Positions 1-8,709 of a stretch of 64,000 nt of DNA are shown here, one piece after another. The position numbers and the translations under genes were made by a program. The notes below the pieces were generated by a model. That model did not search any database and was not told the DNA's origin. It was given only the letters and a program-made list of their open reading frames with translations. The stretch comes from a virus (lineage: Duplodnaviria; Caudoviricetes): IMG/VR virus record IMGVR_UViG_3300035208_007155, positions 33,284 through 97,283 of that record; one strand, 5' to 3'. The stretch's first letter is position 1; each line of letters opens with the position of its first letter.

Positions 1-561
1 GCTTGAACTAGAGCTTTTGCTTGAACTCTTTGAACTGGAGCTTGAGCCTGCTTCAATCACAATGAGTGGTGTGCTTGGATAACCGCCTAGTATATCAAAA
101 CTATTATTGGTAATTTTAAAGGCGTATGTACCAATACTTGTAAACTTTAAAGACCACACCCACTCTGCGTACATATTCAAAGTCATATTTACCTGAGTAG
201 CAACACTGTCCATATCATTTTGCGTTCCAAATCCAGCATAAGTACCCTCTGGTGACAATAAAGAGTTGCCTGTTCCTGTACTATCTGTGATATAGTCTGA
301 ACGCCAAACAACTACTGGTGTTGCTACTCCAATAGCATAATAATTTGGGCTGTCGATGGGTTTGGAATAATATAAACTTGGGGTAAGAAGAGAGCTTCCT
401 CCACCTGTTGCAGTTGCCAGCTTGATTCTAATTCTGTAATTAGTATTTGTAACACCAGCAGCTTGAGTGTTTTCGTCCGCAAGTGGATTCTCACCAACGC
501 CTAATGCGTGGTCATCCAAGTACCAACGATAACCAGTTTGTGTATATTTTAATCCTGCCAT
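1..561 (-). CDS. Ser-rich putative virion protein, 3'-truncated by the window edge; paralog of 574..1335
   Basis: Not in the ORF track. ATG at 561 reads MAGLKYTQTGYRWYLDDHALG... and stays open to base 1, ending in a poly-Ser linker. About 79 codons are identical to the neighbour. Confidence 0.85.
   Translation of the reverse strand, partial: MAGLKYTQTGYRWYLDDHALGVGENPLADENTQAAGVTNTNYRIRIKLATATGGGSSLLTPSLYYSKPIDSPNYYAIGVATPVVVWRSDYITDSTGTGNSLLSPEGTYAGFGTQNDMDSVATQVNMTLNMYAEWVWSLKFTSIGTYAFKITNNSFDILGGYPSTPLIVIEAGSSSSSKSSSKSSSSS
306..543. repeat. 238-bp perfect direct repeat, copy 1 (copy 2 at 1080..1317)
   Basis: Base-by-base comparison shows no mismatch; offset 774 bp. Confidence 0.95.
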
Positions 562-573
562 TGTTTTCCTGCT

Positions 574-1335
574 TTAAGAGCCCATGTCTCTGAATAATAT
601 GTGATGTATGCCTTGCATTTTGTATAATGCATTTGGTTCTTCATTTGTGCGGTAATACTTCTCAGTAGAAATATTCATTTCTATTAAAGATGGTTTTATA
701 AGTGATGTAGCCGATGAGCCTGATGATCTTGATGAGGATGAGCTTGAGCTTGATGAGCCTGCGGGAACATTGCCACTACTTGAACTTGAACTTGAACTTG
801 AACTTGAACTTGAAGGGGAAAGCTCAATCATAATGCGTGGAATTTGCGGATAGCCTCCTGCTATATCACTTCCAGCATTTGTTATTTTAAAGGCATATAA
901 GCCAATGTTTGTAAATTTTAAACACCATTCCCACTCCGTGTATTGACCATTACTCAGCGTCACCGTAGGAGCAACATTGTCTATATCATTTTGTGTTCCT
1001 TGTTGAATATAACTAAGTCCACCTGATGATAATAAAGAGCCACCCACTCCAGTACCATCAGTAATATAACTTGAAGGAGAAACAACTACTGGTGTTGCTA
1101 CTCCAATAGCATAATAATTTGGGCTGTCGATGGGTTTGGAATAATATAAACTTGGGGTAAGAAGAGAGCTTCCTCCACCTGTTGCAGTTGCCAGCTTGAT
1201 TCTAATTCTGTAATTAGTATTTGTAACACCAGCAGCTTGAGTGTTTTCGTCCGCAAGTGGATTCTCACCAACGCCTAATGCGTGGTCATCCAAGTACCAA
1301 CGATAACCAGTTTGTGTGTATACTATTCCCGCCAT
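574..1335 (-). CDS. Ser-rich putative virion/structural protein
   Basis: Beta-rich Gly/Thr/Ser N-domain plus poly-Ser tract (CTTGAA x6 at 779-814); ACTATATAGT motif upstream. Confidence 0.7.
   Translation of the reverse strand: MAGIVYTQTGYRWYLDDHALGVGENPLADENTQAAGVTNTNYRIRIKLATATGGGSSLLTPSLYYSKPIDSPNYYAIGVATPVVVSPSSYITDGTGVGGSLLSSGGLSYIQQGTQNDIDNVAPTVTLSNGQYTEWEWCLKFTNIGLYAFKITNAGSDIAGGYPQIPRIMIELSPSSSSSSSSSSSSSGNVPAGSSSSSSSSSRSSGSSATSLIKPSLIEMNISTEKYYRTNEEPNALYKMQGIHHILFRDMGS
1080..1317. repeat. 238-bp perfect direct repeat, copy 2
   Basis: Identical to 306..543. Confidence 0.95.
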
Positions 1336-1350
1336 TATTTTTATCCCTCA

Positions 1351-1360
1351 ACTATATAGT
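1351..1360. promoter_or_regulatory. Palindromic putative late promoter ACTATATAGT between divergent genes
   Basis: Perfect 10-bp palindrome between starts at 1335 (-) and 1366 (+); the core recurs upstream of many genes. Confidence 0.6.
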
Positions 1361-1365
1361 GATAT

Positions 1366-1530
1366 ATGACTAAAGAAGAAATCAAAGAAATTGTTTCTGA
1401 GACCATTGAGCAACTTCATTCAAGATCGATGTTGACAAGCTATGGCATAAAAACAAATAAGTGGAACATTGTGGGAATTGTAATTATTGTAATTCAAGTA
1501 ATTGCAATTAGTTATTTTATGTTCTTTTAA
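1366..1530 (+). CDS. 54-aa small membrane protein
   Basis: Below the track cutoff: MTKEEIKEIVSETIEQLHSRSMLTSYGIKTNKWNIVGIVIIVIQVIAISYFMFF. It has a C-terminal hydrophobic helix and fills the gap exactly. Confidence 0.65.
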   Translation: MTKEEIKEIVSETIEQLHSRSMLTSYGIKTNKWNIVGIVIIVIQVIAISYFMFF

Positions 1531-2108
1531 GCTCCCCACAAGCGTTTCATTTTTTCAACCCAAGCCAATTTGCTTCTTTTTTTGGTTTCAATCAACTTGC
1601 GGTTGTGTTCATTTTGACGTTCTTTGAATAATTTACGGCCTTGCAAATATAATTTTTCTATCATTTGCTGCCATTCATCAACGGGAACATAAGACTTTAA
1701 ATCCCCTCCCAATTCTCTATACACTATTGTTCCTTTGTATAAAACTTTGATTTCGGATTCGTCATCTTTAAACCAAATTTCGAGAGGAAATCCTCTGCTC
1801 AAACCATCGAAATGCCACCCTTCATTATTTGTGCCAAACATGGAAATGTTTTCTGGAACATTCCATTCCGCCCCATCGGGCAATCCTCGTTCTTCTGTAT
1901 CGGCTGTTGGCAAATTATCGTCTTCTAAATTCATATAATCATCTAAAAGTGTTTCTGTGTAGAATTTACCTCCCCCAGTAGTATGTCTTACTAGAGGTTC
2001 GCCCATTGTTTTGAGGATAACGCCAAACTTGCCTTTTAAGCCCATGTAATCTTTGCGTTTGGCTTCTAAAATTCGCAAATCCCGAATCTTTTGTTCGTGT
2101 TCGTTCAA
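1527..2108 (-). CDS. Hypothetical protein
   Basis: 193-aa ORF with TTG start directly after the HNH gene; no motif recognised. Confidence 0.7.
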   Translation of the reverse strand: MNEHEQKIRDLRILEAKRKDYMGLKGKFGVILKTMGEPLVRHTTGGGKFYTETLLDDYMNLEDDNLPTADTEERGLPDGAEWNVPENISMFGTNNEGWHFDGLSRGFPLEIWFKDDESEIKVLYKGTIVYRELGGDLKSYVPVDEWQQMIEKLYLQGRKLFKERQNEHNRKLIETKKRSKLAWVEKMKRLWGA

Positions 2109-2110
2109 TT

Positions 2111-2632
2111 TTAAACCTCAATATTTTTCAATTCGCCATTAAGATATTTGATTGCATTAATCAAAGTATCAACATTGTCTTGAGCATGGCCGAGCATCAC
2201 ATTACAATGATGACATATCACTCCTCTTACATTACCAGTTGTGTGATCGTGGTCTATAACTCTTTTGCACTTTTTTCCATCTATTCGCTTTTTAGAAGTT
2301 GCACCTTGTATAAACTCTCTTTCACAAATTGGGCAATTAGTCAAAGAATAAACACATTCAATTTGATCTGCATTTAATTTATAGCGAAGACCAGTTAGTA
2401 TTTTTTTATACTCCTCGGTGTTATATTTTTGATATTTATCTGGATTAGATTGTCGTCTTTTGCGTTGTTTTTCGGCAAGTTCTTTCTTATGTGCGTCTTT
2501 CCACTCTTTTTGTTTGCCATACACTTCTTCTTTATGCAACGATCTATATTTAGCACCATATGCTTTTGATTCTTCTTTATGCGATGCTCTATATTTAGCA
2601 TTGTATAATTTTCTTTTTTCTTTGTCGGTCAT
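2111..2632 (-). CDS. Endonuclease VII-family (HNH-like) homing endonuclease
   Basis: CPIC...IDHDHTTGNVRGVICHHCNVMLG signature; basic helical N-terminus. Confidence 0.88.
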   Translation of the reverse strand: MTDKEKRKLYNAKYRASHKEESKAYGAKYRSLHKEEVYGKQKEWKDAHKKELAEKQRKRRQSNPDKYQKYNTEEYKKILTGLRYKLNADQIECVYSLTNCPICEREFIQGATSKKRIDGKKCKRVIDHDHTTGNVRGVICHHCNVMLGHAQDNVDTLINAIKYLNGELKNIEV

Positions 2633-2633
2633 A

Positions 2634-2909
2634 TTACCACTCCTCCATGCATATTTTTCTCATTAGCTCATCATTTGGAAGGCTGTTCCAGCCATCTTCG
2701 GTTGCAGGCAGAAGATTGATTTCTAGTTTTTGGCCTTCTGTTACCTTGCTCTTAATTACAACTTTTCCGAATTTGGAATATTCTACAACCGATTTTCTTA
2801 CTACATCTGATACGGTGATTTTTTTTCCGCACAGCATTGAAATTATTTGCGACAATTTTTCTAAATGCTCCAGCAGGGATTCTTCCATCAATACATTGAC
2901 TTGTTTCAT
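2634..2909 (-). CDS. Ribbon-helix-helix DNA-binding protein
   Basis: N-terminal strand MKQVNVLM, helix, then TVSDVVRKSV; AGGAG RBS. Confidence 0.6.
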   Translation of the reverse strand: MKQVNVLMEESLLEHLEKLSQIISMLCGKKITVSDVVRKSVVEYSKFGKVVIKSKVTEGQKLEINLLPATEDGWNSLPNDELMRKICMEEW

Positions 2910-2918
2910 GCTTACTCC

Positions 2919-2942
2919 TTCTATATTTCTATATCTCTATAT
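2919..2942. promoter_or_regulatory. Three tandem 8-bp boxes (TTCTATAT, TTCTATAT, CTCTATAT), putative RHH operator
   Basis: Located between the CATATATAA motif and the RBS of the RHH gene. Confidence 0.45.
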
Positions 2943-3002
2943 TATATATGCACCAAGATTTAATTTTAATATGAATACATAAATAAAAAAGGAGACCTCT
3001 AT

Positions 3003-4415
3003 ATGTGGCAATGGTTAATAAAAATATGGCAAAAAATACAAGATTTATTTGTGGTTGTACCGAAGCAACAAGTTATGCCAACACAAATAACTTTTCAAGC
3101 AAATGATCCAACAACACCGGATTTAAGATTTGTGGTTCCTTGTCCTTCCGATCCATTACCATTGCAGATTACTGTGGTTGGTTTAAATTCCCCAGCGGAA
3201 TGGGGGACGGCAGAAGGAGACGCCGCCACAGTATTTGTTACGCTCGCAACATTATTGGAATACTTAAAAAAGATGTTTAGTAAACCAACACACTGGGCAG
3301 CCGCTCCTATACTTCAGGTTGTGCCAAGAGCGGGCAAACAATTAAATGCTTACTATGATCGCCAATCCCTGAGATATTTTTTTGACCAAGATCGTCATGG
3401 GAAAATGATCTATTTGTGCGAGTCTAGTGAAGTAGTTGCCCACGAATGCGGACATGCTATTTTAGATGCCCTTCGACCAGATTTTTGGAGCACAGCTTCC
3501 TTGGAAACATTTGCTTTTCATGAAGCATTTGCGGACATCACAGCAATGGTTGCCACGATGCAGTGGGACCAAGTATTGAACAAGGCAATTAAAGACACAA
3601 ATGGCAATTTGCATCAATCTAATGTTGTTTCTATGATTGGCGAAGATGTGGGACTTATATTAGGAATGCAACAGGGCTTAAGAAATGCATTCAATACTTT
3701 TTGCTACACTCCACCAGAAAACTTGCCAGAGAGTGCCCCAGACAATCAATTATCTGGAGAATGTCATAACTTTGGCAGAGTGTTTTTAGGAGCATGGTAT
3801 GAATTAATGGTCAATATTTATGATTATCACAAAACCGTAGGCATGGATGCAAAAACAGCACTCACACAAGCTAGAGATGTGGCATATTTATTGCTTTTAA
3901 ATGCCGTTGTTCAAACCCCTAATACACCAAGATTACACGAAGCCATAGCGAAAATAATGGTTTCTTTGGCATCTAAAGATTACCAAGAAATTGTTAGAAA
4001 GACTTTTGCTAAAAGAGGCTTGCTTGGAGAACATAGTTTATTTGCAATGTCGGGTGTTACATGGGATCAATTTGCGGACAAAGATAAAGCTCGTATCATA
4101 GAGGGCAATACCAAATTTGCAGTTGTGTCCCCCGAGAAAAAAACCATGCATCTTGCCCATCACGTTTCTAATGAACGCCTGTCTGCACTAGCAATAGGTG
4201 GCTATAATTTAGGCAATGTAAAAGTAGAATTTGCTGCGGATAAATTCTATGAATTCGATGAGGGCGGCAAATTAATTAGCATGTTTGCTCCCGAACAAGA
4301 AGAATTAGTTCAAATTACACAAAAAGCCGTAACATCTATCACCAGTATTGGTCCTCATGAAGACACAATGTGGAAAGTAGAAAACGGAAATTTAGTAAGA
4401 ACATATTACGAATAG
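3003..4415 (+). CDS. Thermolysin/fungalysin-like (M4/M36) zinc metalloprotease
   Basis: NAYY, VVAHECGH (HExxH), HEAFAD third ligand, GECH; upstream CATAAATA and AGGAG. Confidence 0.85.
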   Translation: MWQWLIKIWQKIQDLFVVVPKQQVMPTQITFQANDPTTPDLRFVVPCPSDPLPLQITVVGLNSPAEWGTAEGDAATVFVTLATLLEYLKKMFSKPTHWAAAPILQVVPRAGKQLNAYYDRQSLRYFFDQDRHGKMIYLCESSEVVAHECGHAILDALRPDFWSTASLETFAFHEAFADITAMVATMQWDQVLNKAIKDTNGNLHQSNVVSMIGEDVGLILGMQQGLRNAFNTFCYTPPENLPESAPDNQLSGECHNFGRVFLGAWYELMVNIYDYHKTVGMDAKTALTQARDVAYLLLLNAVVQTPNTPRLHEAIAKIMVSLASKDYQEIVRKTFAKRGLLGEHSLFAMSGVTWDQFADKDKARIIEGNTKFAVVSPEKKTMHLAHHVSNERLSALAIGGYNLGNVKVEFAADKFYEFDEGGKLISMFAPEQEELVQITQKAVTSITSIGPHEDTMWKVENGNLVRTYYE

Positions 4416-4417
4416 AC

Positions 4418-4446
4418 TTGCAATAAATTAAATAATTTATTAGAAT
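4418..4446 (+). promoter_or_regulatory. Sigma70-type promoter with an overlapping inverted repeat
   Basis: TTGCAA-17 bp-TAGAAT; AATAAATTA-AA-TAATTTATT at 4422-4441. Confidence 0.6.
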
Positions 4447-4478
4447 ACAATATAGCACCGTACCAATAGGAGCACAAT

Positions 4479-4622
4479 ATGGATTATTGGTTTGAAGAAC
4501 GAGAAGAACCTTATTGTTTTATTAAACCTTCTCAGTTGGCTAATTGGCGTTGGGAAGAAGTAGAATGTGATGAAGAAGAGGATGAATTAGACGAAGATTT
4601 CATCAATTGGTTTGAAGATTAG
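4479..4622 (+). CDS. 47-aa highly acidic protein
   Basis: Not in the track. AGGAG RBS; MDYWFEEREEPYCFIKPSQLANWRWEEVECDEEEDELDEDFINWFED has 19 D/E versus 3 K/R. Confidence 0.7.
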   Translation: MDYWFEEREEPYCFIKPSQLANWRWEEVECDEEEDELDEDFINWFED

Positions 4623-4804
4623 TTTTTCTTCATCTTTTTTAGTCTTCTTTTTAATTTTGACCAGCCTGTGGGTGGGTCTTCACCATTATTGTATTGAGGT
4701 AGGGCACCAGGGCCTGCCACCATAGGGTTTTCTTTAGGGGGTGTTAAGCCGCCACCAACACCTCCTGTTTGCCCTACTTCCGCTAACCACGTTTTGAATC
4801 GCAT
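4619..4804 (-). CDS. Small protein with capsid-targeting-like leader
   Basis: Starts MRFKTWLAE; Gly/Pro-rich body, basic tail; CTATATAG 3 nt upstream. Confidence 0.7.
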   Translation of the reverse strand: MRFKTWLAEVGQTGGVGGGLTPPKENPMVAGPGALPQYNNGEDPPTGWSKLKRRLKKMKKN

Positions 4805-4807
4805 AAC

Positions 4808-4815
4808 CTATATAG
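4808..4815. promoter_or_regulatory. Palindromic putative bidirectional late promoter CTATATAG
   Basis: Fills a 15-bp gap between divergent ATGs at 4804 and 4820. Confidence 0.6.
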
Positions 4816-4819
4816 TATT

Positions 4820-5332
4820 ATGAAACACATCATTGAAATATTAGAAATTAAGCATTTGTCCAAAAACGGCACAGTGCTATGGGAAGCATATAATTTGCCA
4901 AATACATTACACATTAGTGGAGAACAGTTTATTTTGTTGGCCACATTTGTAGGAGGCATAACTAACACCTACATCCCAGCATCTTATTATTTTGGGCTGG
5001 ACAATAGAACATCTTTAGATACTGCTGATACTCTATTGACAGCAGCAGCTACAGAACCTGCAACATATGGTTATAACAGAGCGGTAGTGGGCTCTAGTGG
5101 TCAGTTTATCGTATCTGTTGCTATGACTGGACATAATATAGCAACCAGCCCCATTGTAACATTTTCTGCTATAGGTGGGCCTTGGGGTCCGGTTAAAAAT
5201 ATGTTTTTATCCACCACAGCTAATAACACCGGATATTTAATTGCTTCCGTACCCTTGTTATCCAGCATAACATTGAATGCTGGGGAACAAGTGAGTGCAA
5301 GAATTGGATTGGGATTAAAAGACTGTCCCTAA
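4820..5332 (+). CDS. Putative tail/baseplate-associated structural protein
   Basis: Small beta-rich Thr/Ala/Gly protein; N-terminus resembles 32866..33336. Confidence 0.55.
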   Translation: MKHIIEILEIKHLSKNGTVLWEAYNLPNTLHISGEQFILLATFVGGITNTYIPASYYFGLDNRTSLDTADTLLTAAATEPATYGYNRAVVGSSGQFIVSVAMTGHNIATSPIVTFSAIGGPWGPVKNMFLSTTANNTGYLIASVPLLSSITLNAGEQVSARIGLGLKDCP

Positions 5333-5805
5333 ACTAAAGACTTTTGCAGCAATTCTATTGGTTTTATTTCCACAAAATGTAATACACTGATTTTTTTCAC
5401 TTCGGTTTGATGAGAAAATGACAGATAACCATCAGCCCCGCCATCAATTAAATCCAATAATTGATTTGGATTAGGTCGAGTGTTCTTTTCATACCATTTT
5501 GCTTTGGCATCTTCATCCATTGATCGCCACACATCATTAGGCATCAATTCTTTCCAATATTGATTACTTGTCGGTGGAATAGTAATAACGTGACCAGTTG
5601 GGGCTGGTTCTATTTTTTTTGGTTTACCATTATTGCGTAGAAGATATTTACAAAAGATTTCTTCTGCATCGTGTGGCAAACGTCCTTTTTTTACCCACAC
5701 AGGGATACTCACACCAACAACGGTGATAGAATTGCCATTATACAGTGCATATCGTTCCTCTCGGGTGAGAAAAACATTATGTGATATGGTTAGAATTATC
5801 GCCAT
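5329..5805 (-). CDS. Hypothetical protein
   Basis: Likely start MAIILTISH at 5805, overlapping the nuclease 3' end. Confidence 0.65.
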   Translation of the reverse strand: MAIILTISHNVFLTREERYALYNGNSITVVGVSIPVWVKKGRLPHDAEEIFCKYLLRNNGKPKKIEPAPTGHVITIPPTSNQYWKELMPNDVWRSMDEDAKAKWYEKNTRPNPNQLLDLIDGGADGYLSFSHQTEVKKISVLHFVEIKPIELLQKSLV

Positions 5806-6581
5806 TGTTTTCCATTCGCATAGAAAGGACACATATTTTTCCAATCACAACGTCGGCAATGTTCCCCGACTTTGCCTCGGGCTTCATCGGGGGGCATTGC
5901 CTCTATTTGTTGATGAGTCTTCAACAAATGCTGTTCCACGTCCAGCAGCGACTGTTGGCCAAATCTGGCTCCTATGAGATCACCTCCCTCAAGATAATAA
6001 AGGGCTGCTTGGATATTCTCAGCGGGAACATTAAACTTCTTTTGTACAACTCTTGCATAACAACGCAACTGAATATCTTTTGTTATTGTCTGTGGAGTTT
6101 TTCTCCACATGCCTTTTTTGGTGGTTTTATAGTCAACAATCCAAAACTTATTGTCTTTTTCAATTAATCTGTCAATTACTCCCGTGATTAGCTTGTTATT
6201 GGGAGGATCAAGGTCATAAGTAAACGCAAATTCCGTTTCCCCTGTAGTGCCCAGAATTTTAGTTATTTTTTCAATAGACCGCAAATGCCCAGGCATACGA
6301 TCCTTATATTCTGGTGGAATTGGTGGACAATAAGATTTCTTACCAAATCTTTCTTCAATAGGAGTCTGTCCAGATAATATTTCCTTTGTTACTTCATTTA
6401 ATGGTGTTTCGCCCTTGCGTTGCACATATATTTCTGCAATACGGTGAACTACCTTTCCGTACACAAAGTAAAAAGGTTCTGACACAGGAGAAGGTAGTTT
6501 TAGGTGATAACGACACTTATAAGAAAAAGGACATTGGTGGAAACAATCCGATCTACTGACGCTAATATGTTCTATATTCAT
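5796..6581 (-). CDS. PD-(D/E)xK RecB/Cas4-like exonuclease with Fe-S cysteines
   Basis: N-terminal QCP, GVIDRL, IVDYKT, QLRCY, C-terminal CRRCDWKNMCP. Confidence 0.88.
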   Translation of the reverse strand: MNIEHISVSRSDCFHQCPFSYKCRYHLKLPSPVSEPFYFVYGKVVHRIAEIYVQRKGETPLNEVTKEILSGQTPIEERFGKKSYCPPIPPEYKDRMPGHLRSIEKITKILGTTGETEFAFTYDLDPPNNKLITGVIDRLIEKDNKFWIVDYKTTKKGMWRKTPQTITKDIQLRCYARVVQKKFNVPAENIQAALYYLEGGDLIGARFGQQSLLDVEQHLLKTHQQIEAMPPDEARGKVGEHCRRCDWKNMCPFYANGKQWR

Positions 6582-6769
6582 TTAATTTCCTTTATAACAA
6601 ATTTGTTTATTGATTTCAAGTAATTTTCAATATCTTTTAAATAATATCTTCTGTGCCCGCCCATAGTTTTCATGCTCATTAGTTTGCCAGAAAGCTCCCA
6701 ATTACGAAGTGTATTGGTGGATACTCCAAGCATATCAGCCGCTTCTTTGGGAGAAATAAATTCACTCAT
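6578..6769 (-). CDS. Stand-alone MerR/BldC-type HTH protein
   Basis: SPKEAADMLGVSTNTLRNWE...KTMGGHRRY. Confidence 0.88.
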   Translation of the reverse strand: MSEFISPKEAADMLGVSTNTLRNWELSGKLMSMKTMGGHRRYYLKDIENYLKSINKFVIKEIK

Positions 6770-6816
6770 ATCTTAAATTTCCTCAAAAATTGAAATTTCC
6801 AATACTATATAATAGT

Positions 6817-7626
6817 ATGAGAAAATTAAATTACGAATATGTTAAAAAATATTTTGAAGAACAAGGATGCGTATTATTAGAACAAGAATATTTCGAAGCC
6901 CATGCCCACATGCAATATATTTGCAGTTGTGGTTGCCAATCATCTATAACATGGGCAAACTTCAACAGCGGCTACAGATGTAAATCATGCGGTCATAAAA
7001 GATCAGCAGAGAAATATCGTCTCTCTCAAGAATATATTTTGCAATATTTTAAAGATCGTGGATGTGTATTACTAGAAGAATATATTGACGCAAACAAACC
7101 AATGCAATATATTTGCAGTTGTGGGAATAAGGACAAAATACGATTTTCTAAATTTAAACAAGGACAAAGATGCCGAACATGTAAATATGAAAAAATCAGA
7201 GAGAAAATGAAGCAACGCAAGGGTACTTCAAATCCAAGGTGGAATCCAAACCGTGAATATGTACAATTGAATAAATTAATGCACATAAAATTCAGAAGTA
7301 TGGTAGCAAATATATTGGACGCTACCGACAAGAGAAAGAATTGCAAAAGTGCGGAATTGTTGGGTTATACTAGACTGGAATTACAGGAACACCTGATGCG
7401 ACACCCTAATTGGGATAATATTAGGCATCATAAGTGGTCAATAGATCACATTTTCCCAATCAAGGCATTTTTAGAACACGGAATAACTGATCTAAAAATA
7501 ATTAATTGTCTCGAAAATCTGCGACCTATGTTGTGCAAGGAAAACATATCTAAATCTTCTAAGTATAACAAGGAAGATTTTCGATTTTGGCTAGCCACAA
7601 AGGGAATTGAAAATGCGGTCTACTAA
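6817..7626 (+). CDS. HNH homing endonuclease with repeated zinc-ribbon domains
   Basis: Two MQYICSCG...CxxC repeats; WSIDHIFP...NLRPMLCKENISK. Likely start ATG 6817 after CTATATAATAGT. Confidence 0.85.
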   Translation: MRKLNYEYVKKYFEEQGCVLLEQEYFEAHAHMQYICSCGCQSSITWANFNSGYRCKSCGHKRSAEKYRLSQEYILQYFKDRGCVLLEEYIDANKPMQYICSCGNKDKIRFSKFKQGQRCRTCKYEKIREKMKQRKGTSNPRWNPNREYVQLNKLMHIKFRSMVANILDATDKRKNCKSAELLGYTRLELQEHLMRHPNWDNIRHHKWSIDHIFPIKAFLEHGITDLKIINCLENLRPMLCKENISKSSKYNKEDFRFWLATKGIENAVY

Positions 7627-8683
7627 TCAACACTATATAACAAAATCATATTTAAACAACTTTTGCCATCCTTCAATTGGGCAACATGCCCTCTATCCTT
7701 ATCGTAAGAACGGCGGGGCATGTAAACCAAGAGGAACAAAACAGCTAGGAAGTGCTATTGATTTTTATGTCCAACGGATTAATGGTGAGTTAAATAATCA
7801 GTTAGATGAAATGAGAGAGATAAGTGAACGTCTTTTGTTTTGCAAGGATAAAAGTCATCCAAGTCCACTAACCAAGTGTGTGAAAGATACTGAGAAATCT
7901 TTTGTTCCTGACGATGAAGCGAAAGAGCATTTTGCTGGTGCTGCTGCCTTTTTGCACTGCGGATCACCAGTTCAAGTTCATAATTCGGCAATGACTGGGC
8001 TATGGGCGATGCAAGTAGAGATATTTAACAGAATAAACGCACCAGAAACGTTGGAATTTTATAAAGAGCGGTTTGGAGATGCGGCGGAAGCACAGAGAGA
8101 CAAAGACCGTAAAGAATTGTTGGCAGGGGAACTTGTTATTGATGTTGGCAACGAAAATCACAAACAACTTGGTTTTGAATCATTCCAATACCAAGAATTA
8201 TGGATGGATTTTATGTGTGCTATGAGTTTGACTATTATGCACAGCCATCATTTTTTTATTACAAGCGACAATCCAGTTATTTTGTTTTCTCGATCAAAAA
8301 AAGGAATTGATAATGTGGGACTAAAAATGAGAGATGCCGAGATTTGGTTCCCAATTTCTTGGAACAAAGGGCTGCTCTGGAGGTGGGGCAAACATCCAAC
8401 GCACCATCAGACAGGATATTCTGAAAATTGCGTCCTTAACCGAAGGGAAATTGATGGATGTTATAAATTTGTTTATTCGCCTTTGCAGTCGGATTGGTTG
8501 GAAAAAACTTCTCACCAGACCAATTTTAATCCTTTGATTGGATATTATGGATGTTTAAATAATTTCTTTTCTCATGCAAAGCCGTGTTATGACGCTCAAA
8601 CTGGTGAGTTATTAGATGGAGAAATAATAGAGGTATTCGCAGCGTTAAAGCACGCTAATAAACCAGATATTTTGGGCATTTAA
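7613..8683 (+). CDS. DUF4238-like protein
   Basis: N-terminal QHYITKSYLNNF and internal FITSDNPV motifs. Confidence 0.7.
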   Translation: MRSTNQHYITKSYLNNFCHPSIGQHALYPYRKNGGACKPRGTKQLGSAIDFYVQRINGELNNQLDEMREISERLLFCKDKSHPSPLTKCVKDTEKSFVPDDEAKEHFAGAAAFLHCGSPVQVHNSAMTGLWAMQVEIFNRINAPETLEFYKERFGDAAEAQRDKDRKELLAGELVIDVGNENHKQLGFESFQYQELWMDFMCAMSLTIMHSHHFFITSDNPVILFSRSKKGIDNVGLKMRDAEIWFPISWNKGLLWRWGKHPTHHQTGYSENCVLNRREIDGCYKFVYSPLQSDWLEKTSHQTNFNPLIGYYGCLNNFFSHAKPCYDAQTGELLDGEIIEVFAALKHANKPDILGI

Positions 8684-8709
8684 TTTTTTGTGAATACAAT
8701 ATATAATTT

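Noticed and set aside
306-1317. Diversity-generating retroelement TR/VR pair
   Set aside because: The copies are identical with no adenine-specific differences, lie at gene 5' ends, and no reverse transcriptase is in the window.
5796-6581. Cas4 as part of a CRISPR-Cas locus
   Set aside because: No cas1/cas2 or array is in the window, and solo Cas4/RecB-like nucleases are common in phages.
6578-6769. IS607 transposon
   Set aside because: Only the HTH is present; there is no serine recombinase domain or TnpB.
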